From an uncultured delta proteobacterium (GTDB taxonomy: Bacteria > Desulfobacterota > Desulfuromonadia > Desulfuromonadales > BM103), in the NCBI GenBank assembly GCA_963715335.1, contig CAVQRZ010000014.1, positions 1-64,000 of the forward strand: a DNA stretch of 64,000 nucleotides, read 5' to 3'. Below the pieces are notes generated by a model. It was not told the origin of the DNA. It made no database searches and saw only the letters and a list, made by a program, of their open reading frames with translations. The position numbers were made by a program, and so were the translations under genes. Below are positions 46,107-56,294 of this stretch, piece by piece (position 1 is the stretch's first letter; every line of letters starts with the position of its first letter).

Positions 46107-46727
46107 TCAAGTCGAGAAAGCCTTTGCTGCGCATTTCGGGGAAGAGGCTGCGATGATGGCAGAGATCAGGGCAATGCCATGTGCGCCCGCTGCCCGAACC
46201 TCGGCGGCCCTTTCCGGGGTGATGCCACCAAGCGCGAAGACCGGAAGCGGGCTGTTTCGGCAGGCATCAGCAAGGGCCTTCAAGCCCTGGGGGGCACCGT
46301 AAGCGGCTTTGGATGGAGTGGCGTAAACGGGACCGAAAGTGACGAAGTCGGCTCCCTGCTCGAAGGCTGCCCGGATCTCCTCGCTGTCGTGCGTGGAAAC
46401 CCCGATCAGCATCTCCGCACCGACCTGTCTGCGAACAAGATCTGTCGCAAGGGAACGCCCGCCGAGGTGGACACCGTCGGCTTCTACAGCAAGGGCGATA
46501 TCAACATGGTCGTTGATCAGCAGCAGGGCGTCGTACTGCCGGGTCAAGGTGCGAAGCTGCCGTGCCAGCGGCAGGAGCTGATCGGCGGGAAGATCTTTTT
46601 CACGGAGCTGGACTGCTTTGACGCCACCCTGCAGCGCAGATTCAATGGCGGACGTGAGAGAGTGCCCGGTCGCGACCTGGTGACGGTTGGTGATCAGGTA
46701 GAGATTGAAATCGACGAAACGAGACAT
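46107..46727 (-). CDS. thiE: Thiamine-phosphate synthase
   Basis: LYLIT, QLREK, IND, GVHL, GVSTH and ALGGI. Confidence 0.88.
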   Translation of the reverse strand: MSRFVDFNLYLITNRHQVATGHSLTSAIESALQGGVKAVQLREKDLPADQLLPLARQLRTLTRQYDALLLINDHVDIALAVEADGVHLGGRSLATDLVRRQVGAEMLIGVSTHDSEEIRAAFEQGADFVTFGPVYATPSKAAYGAPQGLKALADACRNSPLPVFALGGITPERAAEVRAAGAHGIALISAIIAASSPKCAAKAFST

Positions 46728-46739
46728 GGGAAATCCGAA

Positions 46740-46858
46740 GCGCGAGGCACGAAGTGCGAAAAAGATTTTAATCTAATCAGGCGACTAAACTATAACTGGT
46801 TGGCTCAAACATTACCTGTGTTAGCCAGTTTCTCTCACCTCTCACCTCTCACCTCGCT
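46740..46858. repeat. Inverted heptamer arrays between thiH and thiE
   Basis: gcgcgag gcacgaa gtgcgaa (46740-46760); tctcacc tctcacc tctcacc tcgc (46833-46857) overlaps the thiH stop. Confidence 0.8.
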
Positions 46859-47986
46859 CTTCTCAATCGAATCCCGATTGAGAAAAGCATTATCCCAATC
46901 CTTCCACACCGGGTCATAACCACGCGCCCTGAGGATATCAGCAATTTCGGCCGGAGTGCGATCGTCATCGATCTTGAACTGCTCGGTAGCGGAGCCTTGT
47001 TCGGCATAACCGCCGGGGGCGGTACAGGAACCGGCACTCATCTGGGTGATGCCGAGAGGCAGCAGGTTGTCGCGCAGGTCAGCACTCTCCCGGGTGGACA
47101 GGACCAGCCCGGCGTCGTGAAGCAGGAGGCGCATGGCGCACAGCAGTTGTACGAACTGCCGGTCGGAGACCGGGTGGGGGGGCTGGAAGCCGCCTTCGGC
47201 AGGGCGCAAGCGCGGGAAAGAAACGGTCAGCAGGGTGCGCCAGTAATGATGCGCCAGGTAGCGGCCGTGCAAGCCGGCGAAGAAGGCTTCGCTGCGAAAA
47301 TTCCCCAGTCCCAGCAGGAAGCCGATACCGATCCGGCGCAGGCCCGCCGTTCCGCCCCGCTCTGGGGTCTCCAGGCGAAAGCGGTAGTCCCGCTTGCGCC
47401 CGCTCGGATGAAGCTGTGCGTAGAGCTCCTGGTTGTAAGTCTCCTGGTAGATCGTCAGGGCATCGACTCCGGCGTCAACCATTTCCCTGTAGCCATCGGT
47501 CTCCATCGGGTAGACTTCAATGCCGATCGATGAGAAAAGCGGTCTGATCCGTTTCGCCGCCGCCGCAATGAAGTCGTTGCCAATCAGGCCCGGTGCTTCA
47601 CCGGTCAGCAGCAAAATGTGACGGAAGCCTTGATCATGCAAAATCCGGGCATCTTTCTCGACCTCGTCGAGGGTCAGGGTGCGGCGCGGAATCTTGTTGT
47701 GCACCGAGAACCCGCAATAGAGACAGCTGTTGTGACACTCGTTGGAGAGATAGAGCGGCGCGTAAAGCAGCACGGTACGACCGAACCGGCGCAACGTGAT
47801 GGAGTGGGCTTTCCGAGCGATCTCTTCGAGGAACTCCTCGGCGGCCGGCGAGAGCAGGGCCATGTAGTCGCGGTTGTCGATCTGCTCCGCGGCCAGCGCC
47901 CGTTGAACATCCGTTGCGGTCATTGCCTCGATTTGGTTCATGACCAGTTGCGGATCGTATTTTTGAATGATGTCGTAGAAGCTCAT
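46835..47986 (-). CDS. thiH: 2-iminoacetate synthase
   Basis: YAPLY.SN.C.N.C.YCGF, YQETY, S.PR.RP and S.T.PGGY. Confidence 0.94.
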   Translation of the reverse strand: MSFYDIIQKYDPQLVMNQIEAMTATDVQRALAAEQIDNRDYMALLSPAAEEFLEEIARKAHSITLRRFGRTVLLYAPLYLSNECHNSCLYCGFSVHNKIPRRTLTLDEVEKDARILHDQGFRHILLLTGEAPGLIGNDFIAAAAKRIRPLFSSIGIEVYPMETDGYREMVDAGVDALTIYQETYNQELYAQLHPSGRKRDYRFRLETPERGGTAGLRRIGIGFLLGLGNFRSEAFFAGLHGRYLAHHYWRTLLTVSFPRLRPAEGGFQPPHPVSDRQFVQLLCAMRLLLHDAGLVLSTRESADLRDNLLPLGITQMSAGSCTAPGGYAEQGSATEQFKIDDDRTPAEIADILRARGYDPVWKDWDNAFLNRDSIEKSEVRGER

Positions 47987-48009
47987 AAAAATCTCTAGGG
48001 AATCAAGCA

Positions 48010-48087
48010 TCCAGAATTCGGTATTAAGAAGAAAATCTTCAAAGCTTTTGATCCTTTGCTGAATTCTGAATACTGGCTACTGAATAC
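48010..48087. repeat. Inverted heptamer arrays between thiG and thiH
   Basis: atccaga attcggt attaaga ... gctgaat tctgaat actggct actgaat act. Confidence 0.75.
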
Positions 48088-48864
48088 TTAAAGTTGTTTC
48101 CTCAAAAATCCTGTCAACGGACTGCTCGCTTCCGCCTTGTCCTGCTGTTTGCCGAGCCCGGCGAGGTAGGCTTCGCGGCCTGCTTCGACGCCTTTTCTAA
48201 AAGCGGCAGCCATGGCACCGGGGTCGCGGGCGACGGCCAGGGCGGTATTGACCAGCACGGCATCGGCGCCCATTTCCATCGCTTCCGCTGCATGGGAGGG
48301 GGCACCGAGTCCGGCATCAACCACCACAGGTACGGTGGCCTGCTCAATGATAATGGCGATGTTGTCGCGGGTCCGTAACCCCTTGTTGGTGCCGATCGGT
48401 GCGCCGAGAGGCATGACCGTTGCGGTCCCTGCTTCCTGAAGGTGTTTGGCCAGCACCGGGTCGGCGTTTATGTAGGGCAGGACGATAAAGCCTTCCTTGA
48501 CCAGGACCTCTGCGGCCTTGAGAGTTTCGATCGGGTCTGGCAACAGGTAATAGGGGTCCGGTGTGACTTCAAGCTTGATCCAGGGCTCGCAACCTGCGGC
48601 ACGGGCAATTCTGGCCAGGCGAATCGCTTCCTCGGCATCGCGTGCTCCACTGGTATTGGGCAGCAACAGGTAGCGCTTCGGGTCGATATGTTTGAGCATG
48701 CTGTCCTGGGGATTGTCGATATCCACCCGACGCATGGCCACGGTAACGATCTCGCTGCCTGAACCTTCCATAGCCGCGACCATCGCTTCGTTTGACGCAA
48801 ACTTGCCGGTGCCGACCATCAGCCGTGAGTTGAAAGAGCGTCCGGCAATTATCAGTTGATCCAT
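48088..48864 (-). CDS. thiG: Thiazole synthase
   Basis: SRL.VGTGKF, LPNTSG, WIKLEV, MPLG.PIG and DAG.G.PS. Confidence 0.96.
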   Translation of the reverse strand: MDQLIIAGRSFNSRLMVGTGKFASNEAMVAAMEGSGSEIVTVAMRRVDIDNPQDSMLKHIDPKRYLLLPNTSGARDAEEAIRLARIARAAGCEPWIKLEVTPDPYYLLPDPIETLKAAEVLVKEGFIVLPYINADPVLAKHLQEAGTATVMPLGAPIGTNKGLRTRDNIAIIIEQATVPVVVDAGLGAPSHAAEAMEMGADAVLVNTALAVARDPGAMAAAFRKGVEAGREAYLAGLGKQQDKAEASSPLTGFLRKQL

Positions 48865-48899
48865 TGTTAAATTCCTTGGGAATGATGGAGTGTTCAGGT

Positions 48900-48948
48900 G
48901 CCAGTATTCAGAATCCAGAATCCAGAATCCAGAATCCAGAATCCAGGA
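48900..48948. repeat. Heptamer tandem array (ATCCAGA)n between thiS and thiG
   Basis: gccagt attcaga, then four perfect atccaga units, then atccagg. Confidence 0.9.
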
Positions 48949-48964
48949 ATTCTCGTTTTAAGTT

Positions 48965-49165
48965 TTATCCCCCCCCGACAAAGTGGATGACTTCCAGGGT
49001 GTCGCCGTCTTTCAAGGCGGTTTCCGCCAATCGCTGGCGCGGGATAATCTGGTGATTATGTTCCACCACGACCTGCAGGCAATCCAACCGCAGCTGATCG
49101 AGCACTTCCTGTATGGAGGTGCCGGCCATCAGTTTGCGCGGTTTGCCGTTGAAGAGGATATCCAT
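48965..49165 (-). CDS. thiS: Sulfur carrier protein ThiS
   Basis: 66 aa ubiquitin-like protein ending FVGGG. Confidence 0.93.
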   Translation of the reverse strand: MDILFNGKPRKLMAGTSIQEVLDQLRLDCLQVVVEHNHQIIPRQRLAETALKDGDTLEVIHFVGGG

Positions 49166-49183
49166 TGATTGAAAACCTTTGGT

Positions 49184-49260
49184 ATTCAGTAGCCAGTATC
49201 CAGAATTTAAGGAGAGAGTCGAAGGATGGTTATTCATCCCTTCTGGGTACTGGATACTGA
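49184..49260. repeat. Inverted heptamer arrays between thiF and thiS
   Basis: attcagt agccagt atccaga ... ttctggg tactgga tactga. Confidence 0.78.
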
Positions 49261-49267
49261 CGTATGA

Positions 49268-50080
49268 TTAATTTTCCTCCGGGGCTTGACCCAGCAACAG
49301 ACGTAACACGGCGTTGGCCTGGTGATGCGCGGCGACCCCTACCCGGGGGGCCATCAGGCCTGTTCCGGGCGCCGCCGCGGTACTGCCGTCGCCGCAGAGG
49401 TAGAGATTGTTCCCGACTCTTTGCGTTATGATGGTGTTGGCAGGGCCGAAACCTGCCATGCCGGAGCCGGTCACAATCGGTCGGTCCGGGAAACGGGTAG
49501 CGAATGTCTCGACCAGCATGACTTTCTGGTCCGCCAGATCGAAGGCCTCGGCCAGGACCTGGGCATGGCCGAAGACTTCCTTGATGTTGGCGGGAGTCAG
49601 ACGCAGGTGGCAGGCCGTGACCCGCACATAGGGGTTGATGCGGGCCAGGGTATCGCGCAGGGCGTAGACCTTGGGTAGCCCGATCTGGTCGACGAAGTAT
49701 TGCTGGCGATTCAGATTGGAAGGCTCGACGACATCGAAGTCGGCAATGATCAGGTGACCGACACCGGTGCGGGCCAGCGCGATCGCAATCGCCGAGCCGA
49801 GACCGCCGACTCCGGCAATCCCGATCGTGGCGCCCTTGACAGCCTGGTGGACCCCCGGGGTATGCCGTGCGGTCAACAGGGCGTCAAGTTCATCAGCGCC
49901 AGGAACCTCACCGCGCCGGATCAGGACCACCTGGTCGCCGTTGTTCAGGACCGCCTCTGCGGAAGCCGGGAAACCGTTGACGATGATCAGGTCGGCGTCC
50001 GCCTTGATGCGATCCCTGAGCGAACCGGCGGTTTCATTTTCCCGGGCAGTATGCTTCTGCTCGTTGACTGTAATCTGCAT
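49268..50080 (-). CDS. thiF: ThiS adenylyltransferase with an N-terminal ThiS-like domain
   Basis: GVGGLGS, DFDVVE.SNLNRQ and EAFD; short ubiquitin-like N-domain. Confidence 0.9.
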   Translation of the reverse strand: MQITVNEQKHTARENETAGSLRDRIKADADLIIVNGFPASAEAVLNNGDQVVLIRRGEVPGADELDALLTARHTPGVHQAVKGATIGIAGVGGLGSAIAIALARTGVGHLIIADFDVVEPSNLNRQQYFVDQIGLPKVYALRDTLARINPYVRVTACHLRLTPANIKEVFGHAQVLAEAFDLADQKVMLVETFATRFPDRPIVTGSGMAGFGPANTIITQRVGNNLYLCGDGSTAAAPGTGLMAPRVGVAAHHQANAVLRLLLGQAPEEN

Positions 50081-50137
50081 AGGCCACAATCTTCAGTTAA
50101 CGCAAAGGGTCAACTTGGTGCAGGTTGCTCTCTCTGC

Positions 50138-50169
50138 AAAACAAAAAGAGCCGCATAGGACGGCTCTTT
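50138..50169 (-). terminator. Intrinsic terminator, expression platform of TPP riboswitch 2
   Basis: Minus strand aaagagccg-tcctatg-cggctcttt followed by ttgtttt. Confidence 0.75.
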
Positions 50170-50190
50170 CCGGTAGATATCCGAAATTTG

Positions 50191-50280
50191 CGCCGCTTCC
50201 CTACGCCGGTATAACCCGGATCAGGTTCAAGGGGTCGTCTGCCGTGCAGACTCTCAGTAGTCGCTACTCCCCCAGGGCGT
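50191..50280 (-). promoter_or_regulatory. TPP riboswitch upstream of thiFSGHE
   Basis: Minus strand gggggag...ctgaga...gaccccttgaacctgatccgggttataccggcgtagggaag. Confidence 0.95.
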
Positions 50281-50434
50281 GTTGCTTGCTCTGTACCAAT
50301 GAAGATTAACAGGCGGCTTTAACCGCAGTCAACAGGAAAGCCGCCTTTTCGGTTGTCACGATGAAAAGCTTCGACTAGGATGGAATCTTTCCAGGTCTTT
50401 CGGGTTGTCTCAACAGTTATGAAAGGATCCACCA

Positions 50435-50752
50435 ATGAGTATTTCCACCCGCTTCCGGGATATCTCGCGGGACGTTGCGGATTTCCATGAAAGCCTGGCC
50501 AGCCAAACCGGGTCTCCGTCCAAAGGTGTGCGGGATGTCAAAAAGGCCAGCAACGGGCTTGCCGAATGGGCAGAACAGGTCGGAGAGGTCCCCCGCATGA
50601 GCCTTGAATACAAGCTGACACCGATCCTGCTGAAAGCCCACAACGACCTGGACCGGGCCCGGTTGAGCTTCGAGGAAGAAGACCTTGATGAATCGGTAGC
50701 GAAAGCCTGGGAGCTACAGCAGAAAATTTATCGATTGCTGAATGATCTTTGA
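50435..50752 (+). CDS. Hypothetical protein
   Basis: 105 aa helical ORF with host-like codon use and AAGGA upstream; no family recognised. Confidence 0.7.
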   Translation: MSISTRFRDISRDVADFHESLASQTGSPSKGVRDVKKASNGLAEWAEQVGEVPRMSLEYKLTPILLKAHNDLDRARLSFEEEDLDESVAKAWELQQKIYRLLNDL

Positions 50753-50847
50753 AACACATTGGTGCGAAGTGTGTCGCGCGTGGCGCGTGGCGCGAAAAAG
50801 ATAAAAATCTTGACGGCCCTTTACGGATTTCCAGCCTTTCCCCGCCC

Positions 50848-52332
50848 TTAGCCCCGTAATTTTTCAATCGCTTCCCGCCACTGCCTCAGTACCGTTTCCC
50901 GCCAACCATCCTCAGCCTGTGGTTCGAAGCATCGCTCTTCCTTCCAGCTGTTTGCCAGCTCTTCGGTACCATTCCAGAACCCGGTTGCCAGACCGGCGAG
51001 CATTGCTGCGCCGAGAGCTGTGGTCTCGACGGTTTCCGGCCTCGATACGGGCCGTCCGATCAGGTCGGCCTGCATCTGCATCAGCAAGTCGTTAGCCGCA
51101 GCACCGCCATCAACCTTGAGAATTGAACCCGGCTCGCCACGATCATCCGCCATCGCCATTACCAGATCGTGAATTTGCAAAGCGATCCCTTCAAGGGTTG
51201 CGCGGGCCAGGTGGGCTGCGGTTGTTCCACGGGTCAGGCCGGTAATCTGTCCGCGTGCTTCACTTTGCCAGTGAGGCGCGCCCATGCCGGTCAGGGCCGG
51301 GACAAAGACCACGCCGTCACTACTCTTGACTTGTCTTGCCAGGTCTTCGATCTCGTGAGAGGTCTCAATAATACCGAGGCCGTCGCGCAGCCATTGCACG
51401 GCCGCTCCGGCGATGAAAGCGCTGCCCTCCAGGGCGTAGCTGGTGTGACCGTCAAGTTGCCAGGCGACCGTGGTCAGCAGGCCGTGTTTGCTTCGCAATG
51501 GCTTCGGGCCGATATTCTCGAGGATGAACGCCCCGGTCCCGTAGGTGCATTTTGTCTGTCCCGGGACAAAGCAGGCCTGGCCGAAGAGCGCTGCCTGTTG
51601 GTCGCCGGCCATGCCGGCAATCGGAATCCCGTCCGGCAGAAAGTCGAGACCGCTGGTCCTGCCGTAGATTTGTGATGAAGGGACGATCTCCGGCAACAAG
51701 GCCCTTGGTACCTTGAGGGGCTCAAGCAGCATATCGCTCCAGGCGAGGGATTCAATGTCCATCATGAGGGTCCGTGAGGCATTGGAGACATCAGTGACGT
51801 GGGTTTTGCCCCCGGTCAGGCGCCAGACCATAAAGCTGTCGATGGTCCCGAAGGCCAGCTGCCCTGCCTCGGCTTGCGCTCGTGTCCCGGCCGATTCATC
51901 GAGCATCCAGGTCAGCTTGGTCCCGGAAAAGTAGGGGTCGAGGACCAGGCCGGTGTGGTGGCGATAGGTTTCTTCCATCCCTTGTTTTTTGAGATTCTGA
52001 CAGATTTCCGCAGTGCGCCGGCATTGCCAGACTATGGCGTTGCCGACCGGACGGCTGTTTTTGCGTTCCCACAGAAGTGTCGTTTCACGCTGATTGGTGA
52101 TGCCGATCGCCTGGATCTGACCGGTGGAGGTCGCTGTCGACTCAAGCAGGTCGAGAACGGCCTTGCGCGTCGAAACCCAGATCTCCTCCGGGTCGTGCTC
52201 AACCCACCCAGGCCGTGGAAAATGCTGTGTAAAATCGATGGTTTGACGCCCATGGATGCGCAGGTCATGGCCAACCAGCAAAGCCGTTGTCCCGGTTGTC
52301 CCTTGGTCAATCGCAAGAATATATGCCGTCAT
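50848..52332 (-). CDS. glpK: Glycerol kinase
   Basis: AIDQGTT, GITNQRET, YFSGTK, GDQQAALFG, K.TYGTG and DGGA..N. Confidence 0.96.
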   Translation of the reverse strand: MTAYILAIDQGTTGTTALLVGHDLRIHGRQTIDFTQHFPRPGWVEHDPEEIWVSTRKAVLDLLESTATSTGQIQAIGITNQRETTLLWERKNSRPVGNAIVWQCRRTAEICQNLKKQGMEETYRHHTGLVLDPYFSGTKLTWMLDESAGTRAQAEAGQLAFGTIDSFMVWRLTGGKTHVTDVSNASRTLMMDIESLAWSDMLLEPLKVPRALLPEIVPSSQIYGRTSGLDFLPDGIPIAGMAGDQQAALFGQACFVPGQTKCTYGTGAFILENIGPKPLRSKHGLLTTVAWQLDGHTSYALEGSAFIAGAAVQWLRDGLGIIETSHEIEDLARQVKSSDGVVFVPALTGMGAPHWQSEARGQITGLTRGTTAAHLARATLEGIALQIHDLVMAMADDRGEPGSILKVDGGAAANDLLMQMQADLIGRPVSRPETVETTALGAAMLAGLATGFWNGTEELANSWKEERCFEPQAEDGWRETVLRQWREAIEKLRG

Positions 52333-52519
52333 GCCACCTTCCTGTTTCCCCCATTTTGCCGTTCCAGTGAAATACCGACCTGCTCAAGTCAGTATAAGAT
52401 TCCCTGCAAAACAGTCAAGGTGTTATGATTGCAGGTATTTTCACCAGCGATTCGGTGCGTTGCATCATGCTGGCCACAGTCTGATATCGGCAAACAATTT
52501 TGAAAGGCGGAATCATATC

Positions 52520-52822
52520 ATGGAAGGAAAAAAGCCGCAGGAAGTCAAACTCGAGATCCAGCTTGATGAAGAAGTCGCACAGGGCGCATACGTCAATCTT
52601 GCTGTCGTCAACCATAACGAATCGGAGTTCGTCATCGACCTGATCTTTGTTCAGCCCCAGGCGCGACGGGCCAAGGTCCGCTCCAGGGTGATTCTTTCTC
52701 CGCAGCACGCGAAGCGTTTTGCCGCTGCCGTGCAGGAGAACATCGGTCGCTATGAACAGAACTTCGGCGAGATCAAGTCGACCCAGCAGGTCGTCGATGA
52801 ATCCGCGGGGCATTATCACTAG
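52520..52822 (+). CDS. DUF3467 domain protein
   Basis: G.Y.NL....H...EF..D and RVI..P.HAKR; start at ATG 52520. Confidence 0.85.
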   Translation: MEGKKPQEVKLEIQLDEEVAQGAYVNLAVVNHNESEFVIDLIFVQPQARRAKVRSRVILSPQHAKRFAAAVQENIGRYEQNFGEIKSTQQVVDESAGHYH

Positions 52823-53044
52823 TGAGGTGCATGTGCCGTTACGCGCCCGCCCGCCGGTTTTCATCGTGAATTCGAGCAGGATGTGCGGTTGCGCTTTGGG
52901 GCGTCTGCCTTTAAACTGAACGGGTGATGATTTCGGCCCTGGCCCGACTGGTCAACGGGCCGGGCGGCGCGATCGCTGCAGGGATAATGCAAAAACTCGC
53001 AATAGGCAAGTGTTGTAGGCTGCTCCGGGGAGTTTGGCTGACAG

Positions 53045-53965
53045 ATGTTGACCCATATCGATCGCCGCACCTTTATTCGCCGTACCGTGCAGGCGGCAAT
53101 CGCAGTTGCCGCGGGTGGTTTGCCTGCGCTCGACCTGTTGCATCTGCCCGCACAGGCCGGACAAGCCCCGCTGCTGGCGGTGCGCAAGGGACAGGATATC
53201 CCGCTCTTGGTGCGTGAGACGATCAGTGCTCTGGGGGGGATGGGAAACTTTGTCAAGCAGGGCGAAGTCGTTGTCGTCAAGCCGAATATCGGCTGGGACC
53301 GCACCGTGGAACTGGCGGCTAATACCCATCCCGATGTTGTCAAGACTCTCGTGCAGCTCTGTCTCGAGGTCGGCGCCAAACAGGTTCGCATCTTTGATCG
53401 CACCTGTAACGATGAGCGGCGATGCTACACGCAGAGCGGGATACGCTCTGCCGTGGAGTCGATCCGGTCGGACCGCGTCAGCCTCGAATACATCGATAGC
53501 CGTGCCTTTAAAGAGCTGGCCATCCGTAGCGGCCAGGCGTTTGATCGATGGGAGTTCTATATGCCGGTGATCGAGGCCGACCGGCTGATCAATGTGCCGA
53601 TTGCCAAGCACCACTCGATTTCACGACTGACCCTCGGCATGAAGAATCTGATGGGAGTGATCGGCGGCAACCGCGGTCGGCTGCACCACAACATTGCCGA
53701 ATCTCTTTCTGATATCGCCTCGGTCATCCACTCCGACCTGACCGTAGTCGACGCCACCCGGATTCTGACGGCCAACGGCCCGCAGGGTGGGCGGCTCCAG
53801 GACGTCATGAACCTGGACACCCTGATTGCCTCCCCGGATATTGTTGCCGCCGATGCCTATGCCACGACTCTTTTCGGACTCAGCCCGGAACAGGTGCCGA
53901 CGGTGGTTGCGGCAGCCAAAAGGGGCCTGGGGGTCATGGACCTCAAACAGGTCAGAATGGTTTGA
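53045..53965 (+). CDS. DUF362 domain protein with Tat signal
   Basis: DRRTFI twin-arginine motif; VKPNI.W, N.P..K.H and TL.MKN.MG. Confidence 0.88.
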   Translation: MLTHIDRRTFIRRTVQAAIAVAAGGLPALDLLHLPAQAGQAPLLAVRKGQDIPLLVRETISALGGMGNFVKQGEVVVVKPNIGWDRTVELAANTHPDVVKTLVQLCLEVGAKQVRIFDRTCNDERRCYTQSGIRSAVESIRSDRVSLEYIDSRAFKELAIRSGQAFDRWEFYMPVIEADRLINVPIAKHHSISRLTLGMKNLMGVIGGNRGRLHHNIAESLSDIASVIHSDLTVVDATRILTANGPQGGRLQDVMNLDTLIASPDIVAADAYATTLFGLSPEQVPTVVAAAKRGLGVMDLKQVRMV

Positions 53966-55521
53966 AACAATCCTCTTGGACATATGCCCGCCGGTTCAGC
54001 CAGAGCTTCTGCCTGGCCGTCTTCCTCTGGTTGTTCCTGCAGACCGAGTACCGTGGGATCGACCAGTTGCCCTATCCGGTCAGTCTGCTGTTTCGGATCG
54101 ACCCGCTTGCGGCGCTGGCAGATTTCCTTGCGCCTGGACCCTTTGGCTGGAGCATCCTCTGGCCGGCACTGGTCGTGTTGCTTCTGACCTCCCTGTTCGG
54201 GCGTTTCTTCTGTGGCTGGATCTGTCCGCTCGGCGCCACTCTCGACGGCCTCGGCAGGCTGGTCGGACGCGGCCGGCGGGCTTTTTCACCAGGCTGGCGG
54301 CGCGTCAAATATTACCTGCTGATCGCTCTGGGTGCGGCAACCCTCTTCGGTGTGCAGCTGCTCGGCCTGTTTGACCCGCTGGCGATTTTCCTGAGATCGC
54401 TGACCCTGGCGGTCTATCCGGCTTACAACTACGGCCTGAACCGGACCTTCGACTTTTTCTACGCAAACGATGTGCCGCTGGCATCGTCCGTAGCCAAGAA
54501 TTCCTACCCTCTGTTTCGTGATTACCTCATGGCGTTTCATCAGCCGGTCTTTGCTCTGGGTCTATTTACCTTCCTGATCTTCCTGACGATCGTGCTCCTG
54601 GAACGGGTCGAGCACCGTTTCTGGTGCAAGAACCTCTGCCCGCTGGGAGGACTGCTCGGGATCTGTTCGCGCTATGCCATTCTGCAGCGCACACCGCAAA
54701 AACTTTGTGTCGATTGTCAGACCTGCGATAGCCTCTGCCGCTCCGGAGCTGTTCGCGGCGAGGGCCTGATGCGTAGTGAATGTCTCCTCTGCATGGACTG
54801 CACAGGCTACTGCCCGGCGGAACGGGTGACGTTCGGACTGCGTCGCGGTGCTGCGCATGACCCGGGAATCGATCTGCAGCGTCGAGGTGTGCTGACCGCC
54901 ATGGCCAGTGGCATCATGGTCGCCCCTGTGGTACGTATCGGACCGCTCACCCATGAACAGAACCCCTATCTGATCCGGCCGCCGGGGGCGGTGGCGGAAG
55001 AGGAGTTCCTGCAGCGCTGCGTCCGTTGCGCAGAATGCATGAAGGTCTGTATCGGGCGCACCCTGCAACCGGCTCTGCTCGAGGCTGGACCGGTGGGCTT
55101 GTGGACGCCGCTGGTGGTGCCACGGATCGGTTATTGTGAGTACAACTGCACCCTGTGCGGCCAGGTTTGTCCGACCGGTGCGATCGCACCGTTGAAACTG
55201 GCCGAGAAACAGAAGAACGTGATCGGTCTTGCCGTAATCAGGAAAGACCGCTGTCTGCCTTTTGCCAAGGGGACAGAGTGTCTGGTTTGCGAGGAACATT
55301 GTCCGACCGGTGAAAAGGCGATAGTCATGGAAGCACAGGATATTATTGTCGATGGCAAGACGCGCCGGCTCAAGCTGCCCAGGGTGGTTGACAAGCTCTG
55401 TATCGGTTGCGGGATCTGCGAGACCAAGTGCCCGGTGGAAGGTGCCAGTGCTATCCGGATTATCAACGAAGGGGAGAGCCGCCGCAAACGTACCGAACTG
55501 CTGGCCGGCCCTTACGGGTAG
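53962..55521 (+). CDS. Membrane polyferredoxin (NapH/MauN-like plus NapG/MauM-like domains)
   Basis: GRFFCGW.CP, RFWC...CP.G, RPPGA and several CxxCxxCxxxC motifs. Confidence 0.85.
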   Translation: MKQSSWTYARRFSQSFCLAVFLWLFLQTEYRGIDQLPYPVSLLFRIDPLAALADFLAPGPFGWSILWPALVVLLLTSLFGRFFCGWICPLGATLDGLGRLVGRGRRAFSPGWRRVKYYLLIALGAATLFGVQLLGLFDPLAIFLRSLTLAVYPAYNYGLNRTFDFFYANDVPLASSVAKNSYPLFRDYLMAFHQPVFALGLFTFLIFLTIVLLERVEHRFWCKNLCPLGGLLGICSRYAILQRTPQKLCVDCQTCDSLCRSGAVRGEGLMRSECLLCMDCTGYCPAERVTFGLRRGAAHDPGIDLQRRGVLTAMASGIMVAPVVRIGPLTHEQNPYLIRPPGAVAEEEFLQRCVRCAECMKVCIGRTLQPALLEAGPVGLWTPLVVPRIGYCEYNCTLCGQVCPTGAIAPLKLAEKQKNVIGLAVIRKDRCLPFAKGTECLVCEEHCPTGEKAIVMEAQDIIVDGKTRRLKLPRVVDKLCIGCGICETKCPVEGASAIRIINEGESRRKRTELLAGPYG

Positions 55522-55525
55522 CACT

Positions 55526-56167
55526 GTGCGCACTTTTCTTATGCTTTTAGCGGCCCTGTCTCTGTCTGCTCCGGTCTCTGCCGGGGCCGACAAAATCAGT
55601 TTTGGAAGTTTTTCCAGCTCCGGACTAAAAGGGTGGACGACGAAAATTTTCAAAGGTGAAACGGATTACCGGATCGTCGAGGATGACCGGCAGAAGGTGC
55701 TGCAGGCTAAAAGTCAGGCTGCGGCCTCGGGGCTGGTTTTTGAGACAGAGTATGACCCAACCGAATATCCCGTACTGTCATGGCGGTGGAAAATTGACCA
55801 CATTCTCTCCAAGGGCGACAGCCGCACCAAGTCCGGTGATGATTATGCCGCCCGTATCTATGTGATCTTCCCTCACTGGTTTTTCCCAAAGAGCAAAACA
55901 CTCAACTACATATGGGCCAACCGCCTGCCCGAAGGGGCCATCCAGCCAAATGCATTCACCAGCAACGCCATGATGATCGCTGTCGAGAGCGGAGATGAAA
56001 AGGCCGGTCAATGGATCTCCGTGCAACGCAATATTGTCGACGACTATCGCCGGGCTTTCGGCGAGGAGCCACCAAGAGTTGGCGCGATTGCGATCATGAC
56101 CGATACTGACAATACCGGAGAGTCGGCAACTGCCTGGTACGGTGACATAGAAGCCCGTCGTCGATAA
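55526..56167 (+). CDS. DUF3047 domain exported protein
   Basis: Signal peptide; W.WK, DDY.AR.YV, LNY.W and IMTD.DNT. Confidence 0.82.
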   Translation: MRTFLMLLAALSLSAPVSAGADKISFGSFSSSGLKGWTTKIFKGETDYRIVEDDRQKVLQAKSQAAASGLVFETEYDPTEYPVLSWRWKIDHILSKGDSRTKSGDDYAARIYVIFPHWFFPKSKTLNYIWANRLPEGAIQPNAFTSNAMMIAVESGDEKAGQWISVQRNIVDDYRRAFGEEPPRVGAIAIMTDTDNTGESATAWYGDIEARRR

Positions 56168-56294
56168 ATATTTTCGCGCACCGGTTTTTTTCTTTGCCTG
56201 ACGCCCTGCAAAAGCAAGCATTTCTGTTGTTTGACGTTATAATTGAAAGCCAAATCAACAGCTCACGCCGGAAGTTTGGTGTAAGGGAGGTCCT

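Noticed and set aside
48900..48948. Heptamer arrays or dispersed repeats as a CRISPR array
   Set aside because: No 23-47 bp repeats separated by unique, equal-length spacers, and no cas genes
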